A stretch of 64,000 nucleotides of DNA from Anthoceros angustus (GCA_010909165.1 MU008177.1:1-64000), one strand, 5' to 3'. Shown: positions 12,130 to 26,486, counted from the first letter of the stretch. Made by a program: numbers and translations. The notes: generated from the sequence alone by a model not told the origin.

Positions 12130-15100
12130 AAGTAGCTTGTGGACATGGGGTATTCGTGATCCGACTGCCTATGAAGCCCGTCTTGACCCCAATACCTTGC
12201 CGCATTATGGGTCCCCAAATGAAGATCCCGACGAACATCCGTGGTTGTTCAAGAAGGTTTTAAAAGCTCGCTTGATGGGAGCAGAAAAAGTACTTGAAGT
12301 ATTTCCGCATCTCGCAAGGGAGTCCAAGTATGGTATGAGACATTGGAGGATTTGAGTTGACCGGAGTGCCTGTGTGCCTTCTTAACTAAGTTCAAGTGAG
12401 TCTTTCCACAAGGAAGATCGCCTTGATTACAGATCGAAAGTCGTGAATCCATCGCAACATATGTGGAGCGGACGAGGACACCGTGAAGAAGCTAGGCTAC
12501 ACAAAGGAAGGCGGAAAACTCAAGAAGGTGAAGCGGAAGTTCATACATGGCTTAAGAAATGAGTTTTACACCGCGGATGGAAGATGAAGAGAGGACCTTG
12601 GATGATGTCATTGAGCTAGCCATGAAAAAAGCAAAGTTTCCTCACGCAGTGCCAAGTAAGCCTCGCCACCGAGAACGCCATCGTGGCGAGCCATTCACGG
12701 ACTCGGATCCTTCATCGTCCGAGAGCCCCATTCGAGCGCCATCTCGAACAAAAAGCGCACAAGATGAAGAAATCAAGGAGGACCCCGGCTATGATGTCAA
12801 AGAGAGTGAACGAGTTGGAGGCCATGATCACGAGGATGGCGGTCGGGAAGACACATGAGCCGACAACAATGAAGCCCGTGAACCATGCAAGAAGTGTGGA
12901 TCTCGAACACACTACATTGTGAACACACCATGTGTTAGCTGGGAGCATGGCCACATAGAGTGGAGATGTCCTAAGAACTCGCCAGCAAAAGGGTCGAGGA
13001 GGTGCACCACGAGGTCGTGGTCGAGGTACCGCTCAAACCTATAGGCCGATAACCTGGGAAACCCCGCCGCCCACCGCCGAAGAGGAGATTGTCGTCCGAG
13101 GAGTCTTCACCAAGCTTGCATGCCAACAAAGGCAACCATCGCTTCCGTGCGGTAGTGGTAAGAAAACGCCTCCAATCCGTCAAGATGACTATACAAAAAA
13201 GGCGAAACAACAAAGGAAAGAAGGAAGTGTGGCCGTAAATAGAGATGGAAGACATCGGCGCTCGAGAAGCCTAAGAGGCGAAGACGAAGGAGCGCTTGTT
13301 CCTCCAATTGCCAGTGGTGCACCGCCATACTCACTTGTGGAAGATCTTGCAGATAGAGAGGTAAAGATGACATTCAGCAATTGGATCCTCCTGCAGACGA
13401 CGAGAGATCACCGCCTTAAGTACTCGAGAATCAAGCACAAGAAAGGAAAGGCTAAGCTAAAGGGAAGTTGCCACAACAATGACGGTAATCGAAATCGACT
13501 CATCAAACCGACCAATTGGATGGCTCCAAAATGACTCACCGGCGAAGGCTTGGATCAATGAGGTTGAGGTCCCCGAAGCCGTCGTGGATGGAGGGTCATC
13601 TACGAACTTGATCAATGCTGCTTGGCTCAAAGATCTTGGTCTAGGTACCACCCGCAGACTAGCATGTAAGCAAGTCTTCAGAGATGCGTCCAATACAAAG
13701 CTCCCTATGGTGGGGGTCCTGGAAAACATCAAGGTTGTTGTTCACGGAGTAAGAGTATGGATAGGTTTCACCATTGTGGAACTTCCCGAGCCGGCATATG
13801 GTGTCATCCTAAGCCAACCATGGTTAGAGTTAGTGAAAGCTGATCACCACTGGGATACTGGAATCCTGGAAATTGGCCCGCCAGCGCACCGGGTTCAGAT
13901 CAAGGCATGGCAGCCTGTAGAGTTCAACATGACAAGTAGCACCTCCGAAAACAGGATCCAAGCCTCGTATGGTGATAGTGGTTCGGACCAGAGGTGGATT
14001 TCACCAGTCAAGCATTCAACGATGAACGAGACACTCCACATCCTATCCATTCGATTGGCCCAAGATAAGCTCAAACCTGCATACAGCATCCACATCCTGA
14101 CTTGAAGGAATTGAAGTTTTTTGGAGCCAACGGTGTCGAGAAGGTTGCCAAAGTTGGTACGGACATAGAAGGAGAGGAACTTGAGCGTTACAGAAATCTT
14201 TTCTCCAGATACGAACATTTGTTCATCACTGGGCACGAAGAAATGCCAACTACGAACCTACGCAAGTTCAAAATCGATATCCCTGCAGGCACAAAACCAA
14301 GGGTGTAAACCGAGATTGTCACCGACGCATGGAGGTACGGAAGAAGTAATGAGGTTGAAAGCTGGATGCATAGAAGCGGTGCAATATCCGAGTGGGTATC
14401 CCCGATAGTAATTTCGATGAAGAAGAATGGGAAAATTAGGATGTGTCGACTGGAGTTAAACAAAGCTACAAGGAAGGATGTTTCCTTCCTCATGTGGATG
14501 AGATAATCGGATGAGGTTTCGTCACGAGACATACTCTTTCTGCGATGGTTATTGATTTCATCAGTCGCTATCTGAAGAAGATCAGCCCAAGATCGCTTTT
14601 GTGACACCATGGGGTGTGTTCATGTACAAGGTAATGCCTTCGGCCTTTGCAATGCGCCATCTTGTTTTCGGAAGTCATGATGGAGGCTCGGGCACCACAA
14701 GAGGAAGTTCCTACGTGTCTTCTTAGATGACTTTGCCGTGTATGGGAGAAGAGTCGATCATCCAGAAACTTGGAGGAAGTGTTCTGTCGACCTAGCAAAT
14801 ATCGGGTTAAATCCTTGAAGTGCATATTTGTCACATCAAGGGGAACTTTTGGGGTTCATGATTGATTCCAAAGGTGTACATGCGAGCTGGAAGATCAAGA
14901 AGTTTCGCCAAGGCCCCCGCTTAGCATAGAGGAAGTAAGATCATTTGTACAAAAGAAGTTACTACGGAGGTTAATACCCAATTTCGAGGTAGCAGACCTC
15001 CGCATAAATCCACGCGGAAGAATCGAACTATGGGATGAACCAATGATGGAATCCTACGAGCGGTTACAAAATTTAATGGTGTCACCCCAGTCATGAAACC

Positions 15101-17690
15101 ACCGATTGGTCAAGGACATTCTATGTGAGTGTGGAAGTAACAAGAGCATCTCGAATACAACTTATTCCAGGATGATGAGACTAAGTCATACCGCCAATAT
15201 ACTTTGCGGGTAGGCTTATGACCGGATGTGAGACTAGGTACAATGCGTTTGAGCAAGTGGCGCGAGAATGGTTGCGAACGAAGAAGTTCCACCATTACCG
15301 GCATCGTGCAAATTCTTTTCCGGTTAGCCTACATGCACGACACCGATGATGATACCCAATCCCACCGGACGATTTGCAAAATGGGTATGTATACTCTCGG
15401 GATATGACTTTGAAGTCCAGGTCAAGTCACTAAAATTCAGACAGATTGGAGGCAGCTGTGGATATGCATGCAAGGGCATCGATTCCAGTCTTCAAGGTCA
15501 GTCTGAGCAAATGGAGGAAGTCCTGACTCTCACTGTGCCAAGCCATAGGAGAAAGAAAGAAGCCGATGAAGAGGAAACAAAAGGTAACCCAACCTTGGCC
15601 ACTTTGGGTGACCCATCCGCATTGAGTGATCGACATGGAAATTGTGGACCGATGGAGTCAGCATGGTTGGAGTAGGTGTGGTGCCGATGGCCCCGATGCA
15701 AAGGAAACGTGAAGGAAAGCTTTGCGATTCCTTTAGCTACTAACAACGAGGCGGAGTACCGCTTTCCTACATGGTTTAAAGCTAGCAGATGATAGGGGAG
15801 TGCGATCAATGCTGTGATAGCCAACTACTTGTCAAGCTTGCATGGAACATATGAAGTGCGAGGAATTTGAGAGCTCTTCACCACAGTGCTCGGAGCTAAT
15901 GCGAAGTTTGAAGCGGTGTCCTTGACACATGTGCCACGACAAAGGAACGAGCTTTGACCGCCAAATTAGCTTTGAAGGAGGAACAAACCACCGCAGCGTT
16001 CACAAGCCATGTCTCTAAGAATTGCGCGAGTATGTCGAGTTGCCGCCGCGTCTGGATGAGTATGAGGAAGAAGCCGGGACGGACATCCGAGTGTGAACGT
16101 AGCGTGTTATTTGGCAACGCAGGATTGGCGCAATAGTGAGATCTCCCGTGAGTGCGGATCTGCTCGATATCTAGGACCGTGGCCGCGTAACCACAAGGAG
16201 GGCCGGCAATGGCGATCCCGGCAGGTTAGTGGAAGCCAAGTGTGGAGCAAAGCGGTAATGATCAAGAGCCATGACTCGTGAATGTTGCTTGAGGTCCAAT
16301 TTTGAAGGGCAGTACAAAGGCAACCCCTCTTGATACAAATCGCAAGAGTTGTGGCGACAATGGATGGAGTGGGTTTTCTACACATTAAGCTCGTAATATT
16401 AAGGCACATAAGTTGATGTGTGTCTCTCGGAATGCAAGGACGAACACGCACGACATTCCGAGCGATGGTCAGAAGATTGAAAACCCCGCAACCTTGTATG
16501 GACAAATCGCAGATTATCTCAAGGAAGGAAAATGCGGAAGGAGCCGATCCAAGCATGAAAAGGAAGTTACAATCTTGGTCGAAAGCATACACCATGATAG
16601 AAGGGAAGTTGTTTAGAATCGGTCCCGATAGGGTCCTACGCTTATGTGTTTGGGGCGAACAGATACCTCAGATCCTCTTTGAGATGCATGACTCTGTGTG
16701 TGGTGGTCATTTCGATGCAACTGCAACTGGTCAAAAGATTCTGAGGGCTGGTTTTTACTGGCCCACCTTGTTCAAGGATGTTCGTGAGTATTGCCGGCAG
16801 TGTAGTCTCTGCCAAAATTTGCTCAAGTGTCACTGAAGCAGGGTTTGTTGTGTCCAGTGTTTCCTAGCGGTCCCTTTGTCAAGTGGGGTATTGATTGTAT
16901 AGGTCCGATCAGCCCAGTGTCATTTCATGGCAATCGCTACATAGTAACGAACTGACTATGCTACCAAGTGGGTTGAAGCTGAAGCTGTGCCGGCACTATC
17001 AGGAGAAATGGTAGGGAACTTTCTGTACCATCATGTGATCACAAGGTTTGGATGTCCAGTAGAGATAGTGTCAGATCGAGGTCGAGAGTTTGTCAACGAG
17101 GTGGTTGAGAAAGTCATGTCCATGTTCTTTGTCAAGCATAGGTTAACAACGGCCTATCATCCTATGGCTAATGGTCAAGCTGAAAGCTCAAACAAGATAG
17201 CCATCAAAGTGTTGTCTAAACTTTGCCGTGATGAGCCACTGGGATCAACACTGTATGGTGCCCTCGGGCCATGCGAACCCGTGTTAAAACGGTGGGAGTT
17301 TCCCTTCGAATTAGTTCACGAGTACCGCTAGGGTACCTCACTACAAAGAACAAGAGGATTCGCATCCCGGAGGCTATGTCTATGGAAGAAGATGCAAGGA
17401 TTGTACAGCTTGCATGAATTGGATGAGGTCAAGAGCAGCCTACCTCACCATCAAGAAGAGAAACTCAAGTAAAGAAAAGTATGATGAGGACAGAAGGAGT
17501 TCGGTTTCCTGTGGGAGAATGGGTCCTCGCAAACGTCCGCAGTATCTCAAAAGGGAGCGGGGGGTTGCAGGAAGGCCCATGGCTTGTCAAAAGATACATG
17601 AGAATGGGTCGAGATGTGGTGAAACCATCTGATCCGAAGGGGAGAGTAAGTGGGTCTCACCTCAAGAAATTCTATTGTCGATAACATCGC
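12130..17690 (+). pseudogene. gag-pol polyprotein pseudogene
   Basis: Protease AVVDGGSSTNLI (about 13570); RT IAFVTPWGVF and LDDFAVYG; integrase HDSVCGGHF...YWPTLFKDVREYCRQCSLCQ, RFGCPVEIVSDRGREFVN and SGSHLKKFY. Confidence 0.92.
15660..15960 (+). pseudogene. Additional (archaeal-type) RNase H domain of pol
   Basis: ATNNEAEY at about 15735-15760 and DSQLLV...GTYEVR at about 15815-15865, lying between the RH and integrase regions. Confidence 0.75.
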
Positions 17691-18672
17691 ATGAGTAGCT
17701 GCGGTCCGATTAGGATGCCCGCATACCATGATTGAAGGCATCTAACCTAAGCCAGACTATTTTTAGGTGGGATTAGACTTGGATAGGGTATGATGGGTGA
17801 ATGGCTGAGAATGTGATTGTTGGTAGCCCCAACGAGTGGCCAATGGTGGCCAAGAGAACTACTTAAAGCTAGCGAGTTGATGGGAGGTGCATTGCCATGA
17901 TGTGAGAATGGACTCCTTCCGCCTACTTATGACCCTCACCGCAGGCCTCGTAGTAGGAAGGAAGTCATCCTTCATCGTGGCGGGCACCATGAGTGGTGCC
18001 CGATAGAAGGTTTTGATGAGGCGCCTTGACTTGAGTCCGATGGGTAGGTCCAATGCGTATATATGGACCCGAGGTGTCATGAATGTTGGGAGGATCTTGG
18101 ATGCACTTGTGGTCGCATCGTGTGGGTTTGCAGAGTGGACGGGTCAATGTTTCACGGAAAACCATCCAACCATGGGGAACTTCAAGCTTGGTTAGTTGAT
18201 TTGTGTCACCAAGGTCACCGAGTTCAATGATTGGTATTACTTGGTATATCCTTTGGCTCGGATCTTGAAGAAAGACTTAGCTTTTGGGAATGGTCATCTG
18301 CTCATGATGCTTCCCGACGCCTTAAGGCTAACAGCCCCACGCCCGAGCCAACACCTATCCGAGTGATAGATTTTCGACCAACACTGCATGCCTTGGAGCC
18401 TACATCGAGTCGATTGAAGAGGAGTCGAAAGACTTGATAGACCGCTTGCGATTGATGCGGGATTTATATCAAAGTTGAAAGGTAATGCTGTGGATAAAGG
18501 TGGCCTTAATGACCAACCATCGTGCATGAAGATGGAAGAACTTTCCTGGCTGGTGAACAATACGATGCGGTGTGGTGTGCAGTGTGTGAAGTGTAACAGG
18601 ATCATGGAGTCGTAGCGTAACTACATCCTTGCCCTTCTTATCGTGGGAGCGAGCCCAGGCCACCGGGGAGCC

Positions 18673-19303
18673 AATGCAAGGATAAGAACGAAATAACAAG
18701 GAGATGTTTTGTGTGGTGTGAATGAAGCTTCGATAGCAAGGGACCTGCAACAACGCCTCTTGGAGCCAATGTGCATAGGATTCCTGAGGCATCCCGAGTT
18801 TAAAGTAGGGCCAACTTTAGAAAAGGACTCCGCTACAAATAGCGGCCATTGTAAGCTGGAAGGGCATTCAAGAATGGACGGACGAGTCCCCTTGCTCATC
18901 TGAGCTTCTAAGCTCTTGTGCCTTGACCCTACCAAAGATTCTAGCTTGGTAGTTCTTTGTGTGTTCGAGTCATATGCTTTGTGTTCTCCCGAGGGACTTG
19001 ATCGCGTCGTGCCGCAATTCCATCCGTGTATGTATGTATGGTGCGTGACTCTGAGCGCAAAGACTAGGCCACATGTGGACGCCCTCCCCGCCACACGGTG
19101 ACATGAGGCAAGCCACAACTTCCCCATAGTCGACTAACACGTCCAGCCCGTCCGACACAGAAGAGGTCATTCGTCACCGCCCGCTGCTTCAATAGGAAAG
19201 TCCATAGGAGCATCTCAGAATGTGCGAGACTGGTTACAAGTAGAAGGGTAGGGATCTCCCTCTTGGGTTGGGCTGCTACCTCAAGGAAACAGAGTATTTA
19301 ACA
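18673..19303 (+). repeat. 3' LTR of the Tat-type element
   Basis: Direct repeat of 11163-11806, ending in TTAACA and followed by GGCC. Confidence 0.85.
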
Positions 19304-21359
19304 GGCCGATATGTTAACGAATAATTTTTTAAGTGAGAGTCTGGACTCTAGGATATGCCTGCTGTCTGCGAAACATAGACCTCTCTTCACGGGAGTGAAG
19401 GACATGCATTGGCACCGCAAAGCTGGGATCTGACCCTGGCACACACGAACGTGACAAAGCAGGACTTGTGCCTACGACATATTGTAATAATAAATAGACT
19501 ACCTTGTGAACCTAACCATGGCCCACAATTTACAAACCCTGACCCTGGCTCGTCCCCCTCCCTGGTTCCCTGGTTGGGAGGACAGGACAAAGTGTTGCAA
19601 GCTGAGCGGTTCATTCCGGACGAATCACCGGTTTCCTGGATCAGGATGAGGATATGCATCCTTATGCTGCAGTATGTACTCACTCTAGCCCTGCAGGAGA
19701 CGCCACTGCAGTTCGAACTGCGCACCGACAGCAGCACATTTTTAACCTCCAAGTGGCCGCGTTAAGAGTTCCCACGCCGGCGCCGCTTATGCCTGTTTCT
19801 GGTCATCCTGCTCCTGCATGACGTCCAACTGGTAGGGGAAGAAGACGCACTTGCATTCAACGTCACCTATATTTCTATTCAATGCACAAGTACAACGGAA
19901 GTTTCGGACCTGCAGGTCGTGCTTGCAGCACCGCCATTGGACACCGAGCTGAGCATGGTTGCCTTTGACATGTTGGATGTAACACGGGCAAAACGCACAT
20001 ATGTATGCGATATGCGTTCCTGGTGCGGACTGTGTTGTACATATACATACTGCAAACATATATGTGCACTCCCTGTCTGTCTGTCCTGGTAGGCAAGCAA
20101 GCATGTCTGTCGTCTCATCAGCGCACCTTCCTACTCCTACTGATACAATAGTGGACTACATAAAACAATTGTAGGATGGATGTCAGACTGTTGCGATGGC
20201 ATCCTTGCACATATCTTAGCCCCAGCGATTGCAAAGAAATGCTTTTCTTTGCAAATCCAACCAATGAACTGCCTGAAATGCTTACCGTGAGCAAAGGTTG
20301 GATCGGCAAGAGCGCATCACAGATCACAACTCCTCGGGCCCCGTGCGCTTCTGTGTCAGAAGCGAGAAATATTCCCTCGTCTCATTAGCAGAGTGCCACT
20401 GGAAATCTGCCATCCCCGTTGTAGCGGGGAGTGGTGCTCATCTACACACATCAGCATTTGGTTTGCCTCGGCCGCCACTGTCGTCTCTGCTTTCAAGCCT
20501 TGTCGTCTTTTGATCCAGCTTGCGAGCCGAGACGCCAGCAGCATCAGAGGCAAATTCACGATGGCGATGGCACTGTAGCAGGCAAACAAACCGTGATCCA
20601 TCCCATGCAGAGGGCGGGCACGCGTAGCCGCGTCCCACCCGATTCCAGGCGCATCCCCGGCGGCAGCTACACTCCAACGGAACGGTCCAGGATGGATTCT
20701 AGGGCTGCGCTCCAGATCCCGCGGCAGGCGTACATTTATAAAAAGCGTTTCTATTTCCACATGAAAATACAGTACACACCACTGCGAGTCCGCGAGGACA
20801 GCAGCTCCCCAGACCTGGTCTGGGCCCCCCGTTCCCGTTTGTCCCGTCAGGCGGGACCTGGCCGGACGCGGCGACGGGCTCCTTCCCAAAAGGAGGGGCC
20901 TGGCGAACGGCACGTGGTCCCACTCAGGCTCCGGCCGTATGGCTTCGGGGCTCCGCATCAAAGCGGCCTCCGGAATGCGGATTTGTGTAAATCCCTACGG
21001 AAATTTGAGCAATAGCGCAAATCGCCCTGCCCTTTATCTGTCACTAGATTGTGAGCAGGACAGGCTCCCGGAACTTTGGTTTTGCCACTTGGAAGCGGCT
21101 TGCAAACGCTGTCTCGCGCTCCAGCATTTGCGGCCTCCGGAAGTGATAGAAGCTACATTAGAGATGCTGTGAGCACGGTGCCTTCTGTCAGCGCAACAGC
21201 ACAGCAGCCTTCCCGCAAAGCCTGGTGCAGGCATTTTTGTGGGTGATAGAGTCCCTTCCTCACCTCCCTTCCAAGTTCCGTTCCCTGTGCCTCTCCATCT
21301 TCCTCAGCTTGCCTCCCTAGGACCCTTGCAACCAAGCTGGAGCATCTGGAGCAGCGCCC

Positions 21360-23995
21360 ATGACGCTCGGCGGGCCTGTGGCGGACTGTACCGTGCACGA
21401 TGGCAGCTGCTCGGCCTGGATTTACCTCTACCTCAAGGACTGCGTGTGCGACACCAAGGACATGGTGTCGTTCGTGCTGGGCCTGCTCAGCGTCTTCAGC
21501 TGGGGGGTGGCCGAGATTCCGCAGATCATCACCAATTTCCAGAAGAAGTCCACGGAAGGATTGTCGCTCACCTTCCTCATGACCTGGGTTGTTGGGTGGG
21601 GGGCCTTGTGGGCGGGGTCTGGCACCGCTGGCTGCTGCCCCTGCTCACATTTCTGCTTTTCTGTGCAGGGACGTGTTCAATCTGGCCGGCTGCTACATCG
21701 AGCCCGCCACGGTCAGTCGTAGGTTGTCGTTGGGTGGTGATGCATTTGCTTCGGATTGACGTGGGCACCTTGGATTCCCATCTGTGTTGCTGCTGCGGCC
21801 TCGCTGACGTTGTCCTCCCGCTTGCTGCTGTGCTTCCGCATGGCGACAGCTGCCGACCCAATTCCACATGGCCTTGGTAGGTTGCTAGTATTGGATTCTG
21901 TTTCGGTGTTGGCGGTGTGGGATGTGACATTTCGTTCAGGGTCTGATTGTGCCTGCCATGGCTGGCTTGGATGCAGCTCTACACGCTCACCACGCTGGTG
22001 CTGGTGGCGCAACTCATCTACTACGACTACATCTGCGCCGCCAGGAATGTGTATTTGGAACCTGCGTCACCGACGGCGGTGAAGGAGGTGAGGGGAATCA
22101 GCATCTCTGTTTCCGACTATGGAAGCTTGAGTCGAGCTAGCTGTGCGTGATTTCTGGTGGGCCTGTTTGCATGCGGTCCAGGAGGTGAAGGCCGCGCTGC
22201 ACCAGCCACTGACTATACCGGAAGGAACAGACGAGACGAAGGAAGCGTCTCCTGTTTCCAGCCAGCCCACGACGATCATCCATGTGCCGCTGCCTGGCAG
22301 AGGCAGTCGAGATATGCATTTTACGTAAGTTGGGTCCGACATTTTGGACGCTTCTGTAGCTCTGAGCGAGCTACAGCGGCTACTTTATGGTTGATGACGC
22401 TTTACACTGTGTCTGTCAGGTGCTTTATCAGTGCTTGGAATTTCTGGCGCTCACTAATGGTGGGTTTTGTTAAAACAGTTCAGCAAGATCGCTTGCCAGC
22501 AGCCAAACCCCAACAGGCTCATACCTGTTTGGGTGGGGTTCAGGTTCCGGAGGCCAGAACAGTTATCTGCGTAACACGCCGTCTTATGGCTCACTGAGCA
22601 GCCTTCCAAGAGTGGCTTCAGCGCCCAGTGTGCGCCGTTCAAGCTCGGATGCAGCACTTCGCGCGGTATTTACAACTGTTACTTGCTTTTCACTGTGTGC
22701 AAGAACCTTGAGCTTCACCTAGTGCTGACAAGGGAAGTATGATGGGATGTATCAGCTGGGGTCAGGTGTGCTTACGGTGGGGGGATTGGGATTACGATCG
22801 AGTATTTTGGGAAGACCTAGACAAAATTTCCACACAGTGGCACACAGTGGCCGGAAGCTGCTTCAGGTGATTCGTCCTCAGCTTACTGGATGGATTGTCT
22901 GCACCATGCAGTTCAGCTTTTGAGGGTTACTGGACAATAAAAATATGTAGTCGTGCGTCTTTTCAGCGGAGAGGCTTGATGAGTTTGCCAGTCTGAGTGT
23001 CACCTGTCTGCTTGCGCTGGGGATGTTTGGGGTACTGTCGAATCTGTGAAACTGATTTTGACTGTGGCAGCATGCTACTCGGTCCAAACTCGGATCGTTG
23101 GGACTGCGAAATGAGGAAAGCGGGTTGGAGGACAGTATGTTAGGAGAGATTTTTGGATGGTGCATGGCTGCCATATACATGGGTGGGCGTCTACCTCAGA
23201 TTTGGCTAAATGTAAGCCCAGAAAATGCTGTGAAGCTGGAAATCTCATGCTGCTTTCTGATCATTACTGTAACTTCCGGTGGGCTCAAATGACTGGGGAA
23301 ATGATTGATACCAATCTTGCATGGATCGTGAGTAGAAGACTTTGTGATGCTTTTCTATTGTTCTCTTGTACTGATCTGTTGGTGGTTGTTTACATGTCAA
23401 TTTCACTGTTGGGAAGATGACGCGTGGTACAGTTGAGGTAAAGTCGATTGTGGGTGTGAGTTTCTGTCAGATACCGTTTCTGTTTGCAAGTTTGTGGCAA
23501 AATGTTCACCAGGGCTTGGTCCGCTGTAGGGATTAAGTCCTCTCATGTTCTTATGTGCTCTCCTGGGGAACACATTCTACGTTGGCAGGTGCGGCAGTCT
23601 TCTCCCTGATTCTCTTGCAGCTTCTTTACCCCTTTCTTTTGGTGCCTCTGGAGGACAGTGTTCAGGTTTCTTCTAACTTTTGGGGATGTCTCAAATGGTT
23701 GCAGTATACTTGTTCGTAGTACGGAGTGGCTGAGGATAAAACCGAACATGCCATGGCTAGTAGATGCTGTTGTCTGCGTTATGTTGGACTGTTTCGTATC
23801 CTTGCTCGTCTCCGGACTCCCAGGAAGTCATGTGTGCTTCTTATTTTGCTTCTCACTTGGTGCCATGCTTGTGAGTGTGCTTTTGCTTCCTCAACGGAAC
23901 TTCCTCAGATTTTGTGCCAATTTGTGTACTACACCTGGATGAAGAGGTCACAAAAAGACCATCTTGAGAAGGGAGAGTATGCCTTGCTGAAGTAG
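21360..23995 (+). CDS. PQ-loop repeat membrane protein (Ypq1/PQLC2-like vacuolar amino acid transporter family), multi-exon
   Basis: GVAEIPQIITNFQKKSTEGLSLTFLMTWVVG|DVFNLAGC, second loop YMGGRLPQIWLN|, GLSPLMFLCALLGNTFYVG, MPWLVDA, last exon ILCQFVYY...ALLK*. Middle exons only approximately placed. Confidence 0.9.
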
Positions 23996-24375
23996 CTGGG
24001 CTAAATTATGTGGAGAACTCGCTCTGTGATTGTCCTCCTCGTAATGCTCGGTTCTCCCGAGGTTGGACCAAGCGAACTGAACTTTTTCGACAGCTTTATC
24101 GCAGGAGGAAATCTGGAGTTAGATGTAGCTTATTTATTCATGAAATATTCCGTCAACCTTGATGGAATCGGAAGATGTTCAGTATTCCGGAGCCATGTCA
24201 TGGTTTTGTAGAATCCTTGATTTCTGCTAAACCTTCACTTCTCACATGAGGAATCCGGCACCGTTCGTCGCAACAGTCACTGTGTAATGTTGTCATCGTC
24301 TCATTCCCGTCCCCTAGAACTTGAAAACGTTTTTCACAAGGATATCGTATTCGAGGACTGTGCGTTGCCATTGGA

Positions 24376-24527
24376 CTGCTTTCAAAGGTTTCTGCTTTCA
24401 AAGTTTTCTGCTTTCAAAGCTTTCTGCTTTCAAAGCTTTCTGCTTTCAAAGCTTTCTGCTTTCAAAGCTTTCTGCTTTCAAAGCTTTCTGCTTTCAAAGC
24501 TTTCTGCTTTTCTGCTTTCAAAGCTTT
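24376..24527. repeat. 16-bp minisatellite (CTGCTTTCAAAGCTTT), 9 full copies plus one half copy
   Basis: Read directly. Most units contain the palindrome AAAGCTTT. Confidence 0.95.
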
Positions 24528-26486
24528 CAGAGCACTTTCGACAGGAAGTGCTTCCAGGCTTCTTTGGACAGAAAAATGCTCTGAAAACGTGCCATTCCAA
24601 ATCCAACGGTCATGACTGTCCAAACCCTTAAAAAAAACTCCACACCAGGCACCAGGGCCTGGTCGAAAAAATGCGAGCGAGCGCGACTCATCTTCCCTCA
24701 CGCTCGCAGAACCAAGATCGCCGCTCTGCAGCCGAGCGTGGCGGAGCATGTTCCCTAGCGACCCAGCAGCCGGGGTTCTAGAATGTTCGGACTCGCGTTC
24801 GAACATCCCAGGACCCCGACATCCATCCCGGGTGCTGACGCGGTTCCAACAATTCTCCACCGCTCCCTAGGCACCGGAATGCGCTTTTCTCCATCTCTTT
24901 CCTCGGGACTTTGCAGCTGGATCCGCAGGCTTCTGCCGTCGGCGAAGGTAACACCACCTGCGCGTGCTGAGCTGAAGCAATTACTGAGGGCCGCCGAACC
25001 AGCAACTGGCCGGCTCCGATTGTGGACGAAGGAAGGTCCGCTGCGCTGCACGGCCTCGGAGTTCGAACCGTCATTGCTTGGCTTCGCATTTTTGACAGCC
25101 GGTCGCTGCAGCTGATTGGTATCATGCAGCACCTGAACCACCTGGCAGGGGTTTAAAGCACGGAGGAGTTTAACCCCAGAAGACCGACTGCCTTTTTGCC
25201 CCATTTTTGGCGTTTTTGCTGTTATTATGAATTACTAATTACAAGAAAATCTGACCGTAATGTTCTCAACACCACAATTATTGCGATGACCTCCTCTTTC
25301 GAACCATATGTTCAGAAAAAAGCACCACTCCCTCAGTGAACATGCACAATTTCCATAGCCATTTCGATCCACCTTGGGCACCAGCGTGAGGTGAGCATCT
25401 TTCTTTGCCTACCAATATGTACATACTTTCTCGTTGAGCAAACTACACTACTAGATTCCCCACATTCAGAACATCAAGCTCGCAAAATTTGGGATGAATC
25501 CGAGTTTCTTTCATTGACCAAAATAAATTTGAACAATCAAATCCGAATGGAAGCGGAAGAGCACGGCAGGAGGCGGAGCGCGGAACGGCTTGGGCATTGT
25601 CTACAACATAATTGAGTGGCATCTTCCAAGAATCTTTTGATCTTTTGCCTCATAGAGGGCAAAGATGGTGTCTGTTTTTTTCGAGGAAAAATGTGGTAGG
25701 TGGAAGAGGACCCGGCCATGCTCTGCTCCAAAGTCTCAGATCCGAAATCCGACCACAAATAAATCCAGGACTCAAAACGAGGCTCTCACAACCTCAGAGT
25801 GAGTCGCTCCGGCCTTCTGGGGTTAAAGCAAAGAGGAACCACCTGGTTTTGCATCTTTTTAGCAATATCGCAATGCTTGTTCTGGAGTGTGCCAGTCGAG
25901 CTCAAGCCATTCGGAACACAAAGGGGAAAGAAGGCGGCAGCGGAGGTTGCGCTGCCAGGAGGGGGTGAGGTCGAGATGCCTCAATTCACCTGTTTTGCGG
26001 GCAGCTCAATCCCCGCGACTTGGTCGATTTCCGGCAGTGGGCAGAGGAGGATAACATCCAATTGGGATGGGTGTATGGCCGCCAATGGGCCTACACCAAT
26101 TTGGAATTGATTGAGGAGTGTTATATCAACCTCCATCAATCGGAAGCGCCGCCGCCTGGAGGGGAATGCTCTGACCGATCCTCCACCGGAGCATCCAAGC
26201 ATTAGGCAAGTGTATGGAAGGCCGGAGGAGGAGAGCTCAGGGATTGCTCTTCTTGAGAGGACAAATGGAGGGAAGAGGATTGCCCTCTCAGAGATTCCGC
26301 AGGAGGTCCTGGACATGATGGACGGAGGAGTGAAGGCCCACGCCAAGAATGGCTGGAAAACGGACTGCATCAAGGAGCTGAAGTGGAGGCTCTTTGCTAA
26401 AATTGTGTTGGGGTTGGTGAACTATCAACGAACCTCTTATTTCGGCACCAACTTCCTCCAATTTTTGTGGAAGATTTCTCGAGGAG

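Larger units (their letters stand above)
11161..19303 (+). mobile_element. Degenerate Ty3/gypsy LTR retrotransposon, Tat-type (PR-RT-RH-aRH-INT)
   Basis: Paired LTRs; PBS-like TGGCACGGCGG after the 5' LTR; GGGGAG purine tract before the 3' LTR; gag, protease, RT, RH, aRH and integrase remnants with many frameshifts. GGCC flanks both ends. Confidence 0.92.

Noticed and set aside
19387-21300. Possible small spliced gene on the minus strand (Cys-rich ORFs 19787-20104, 20356-20961)
   Set aside because: Some splice-like signals are present, but I could not build a coherent model or recognise a family.
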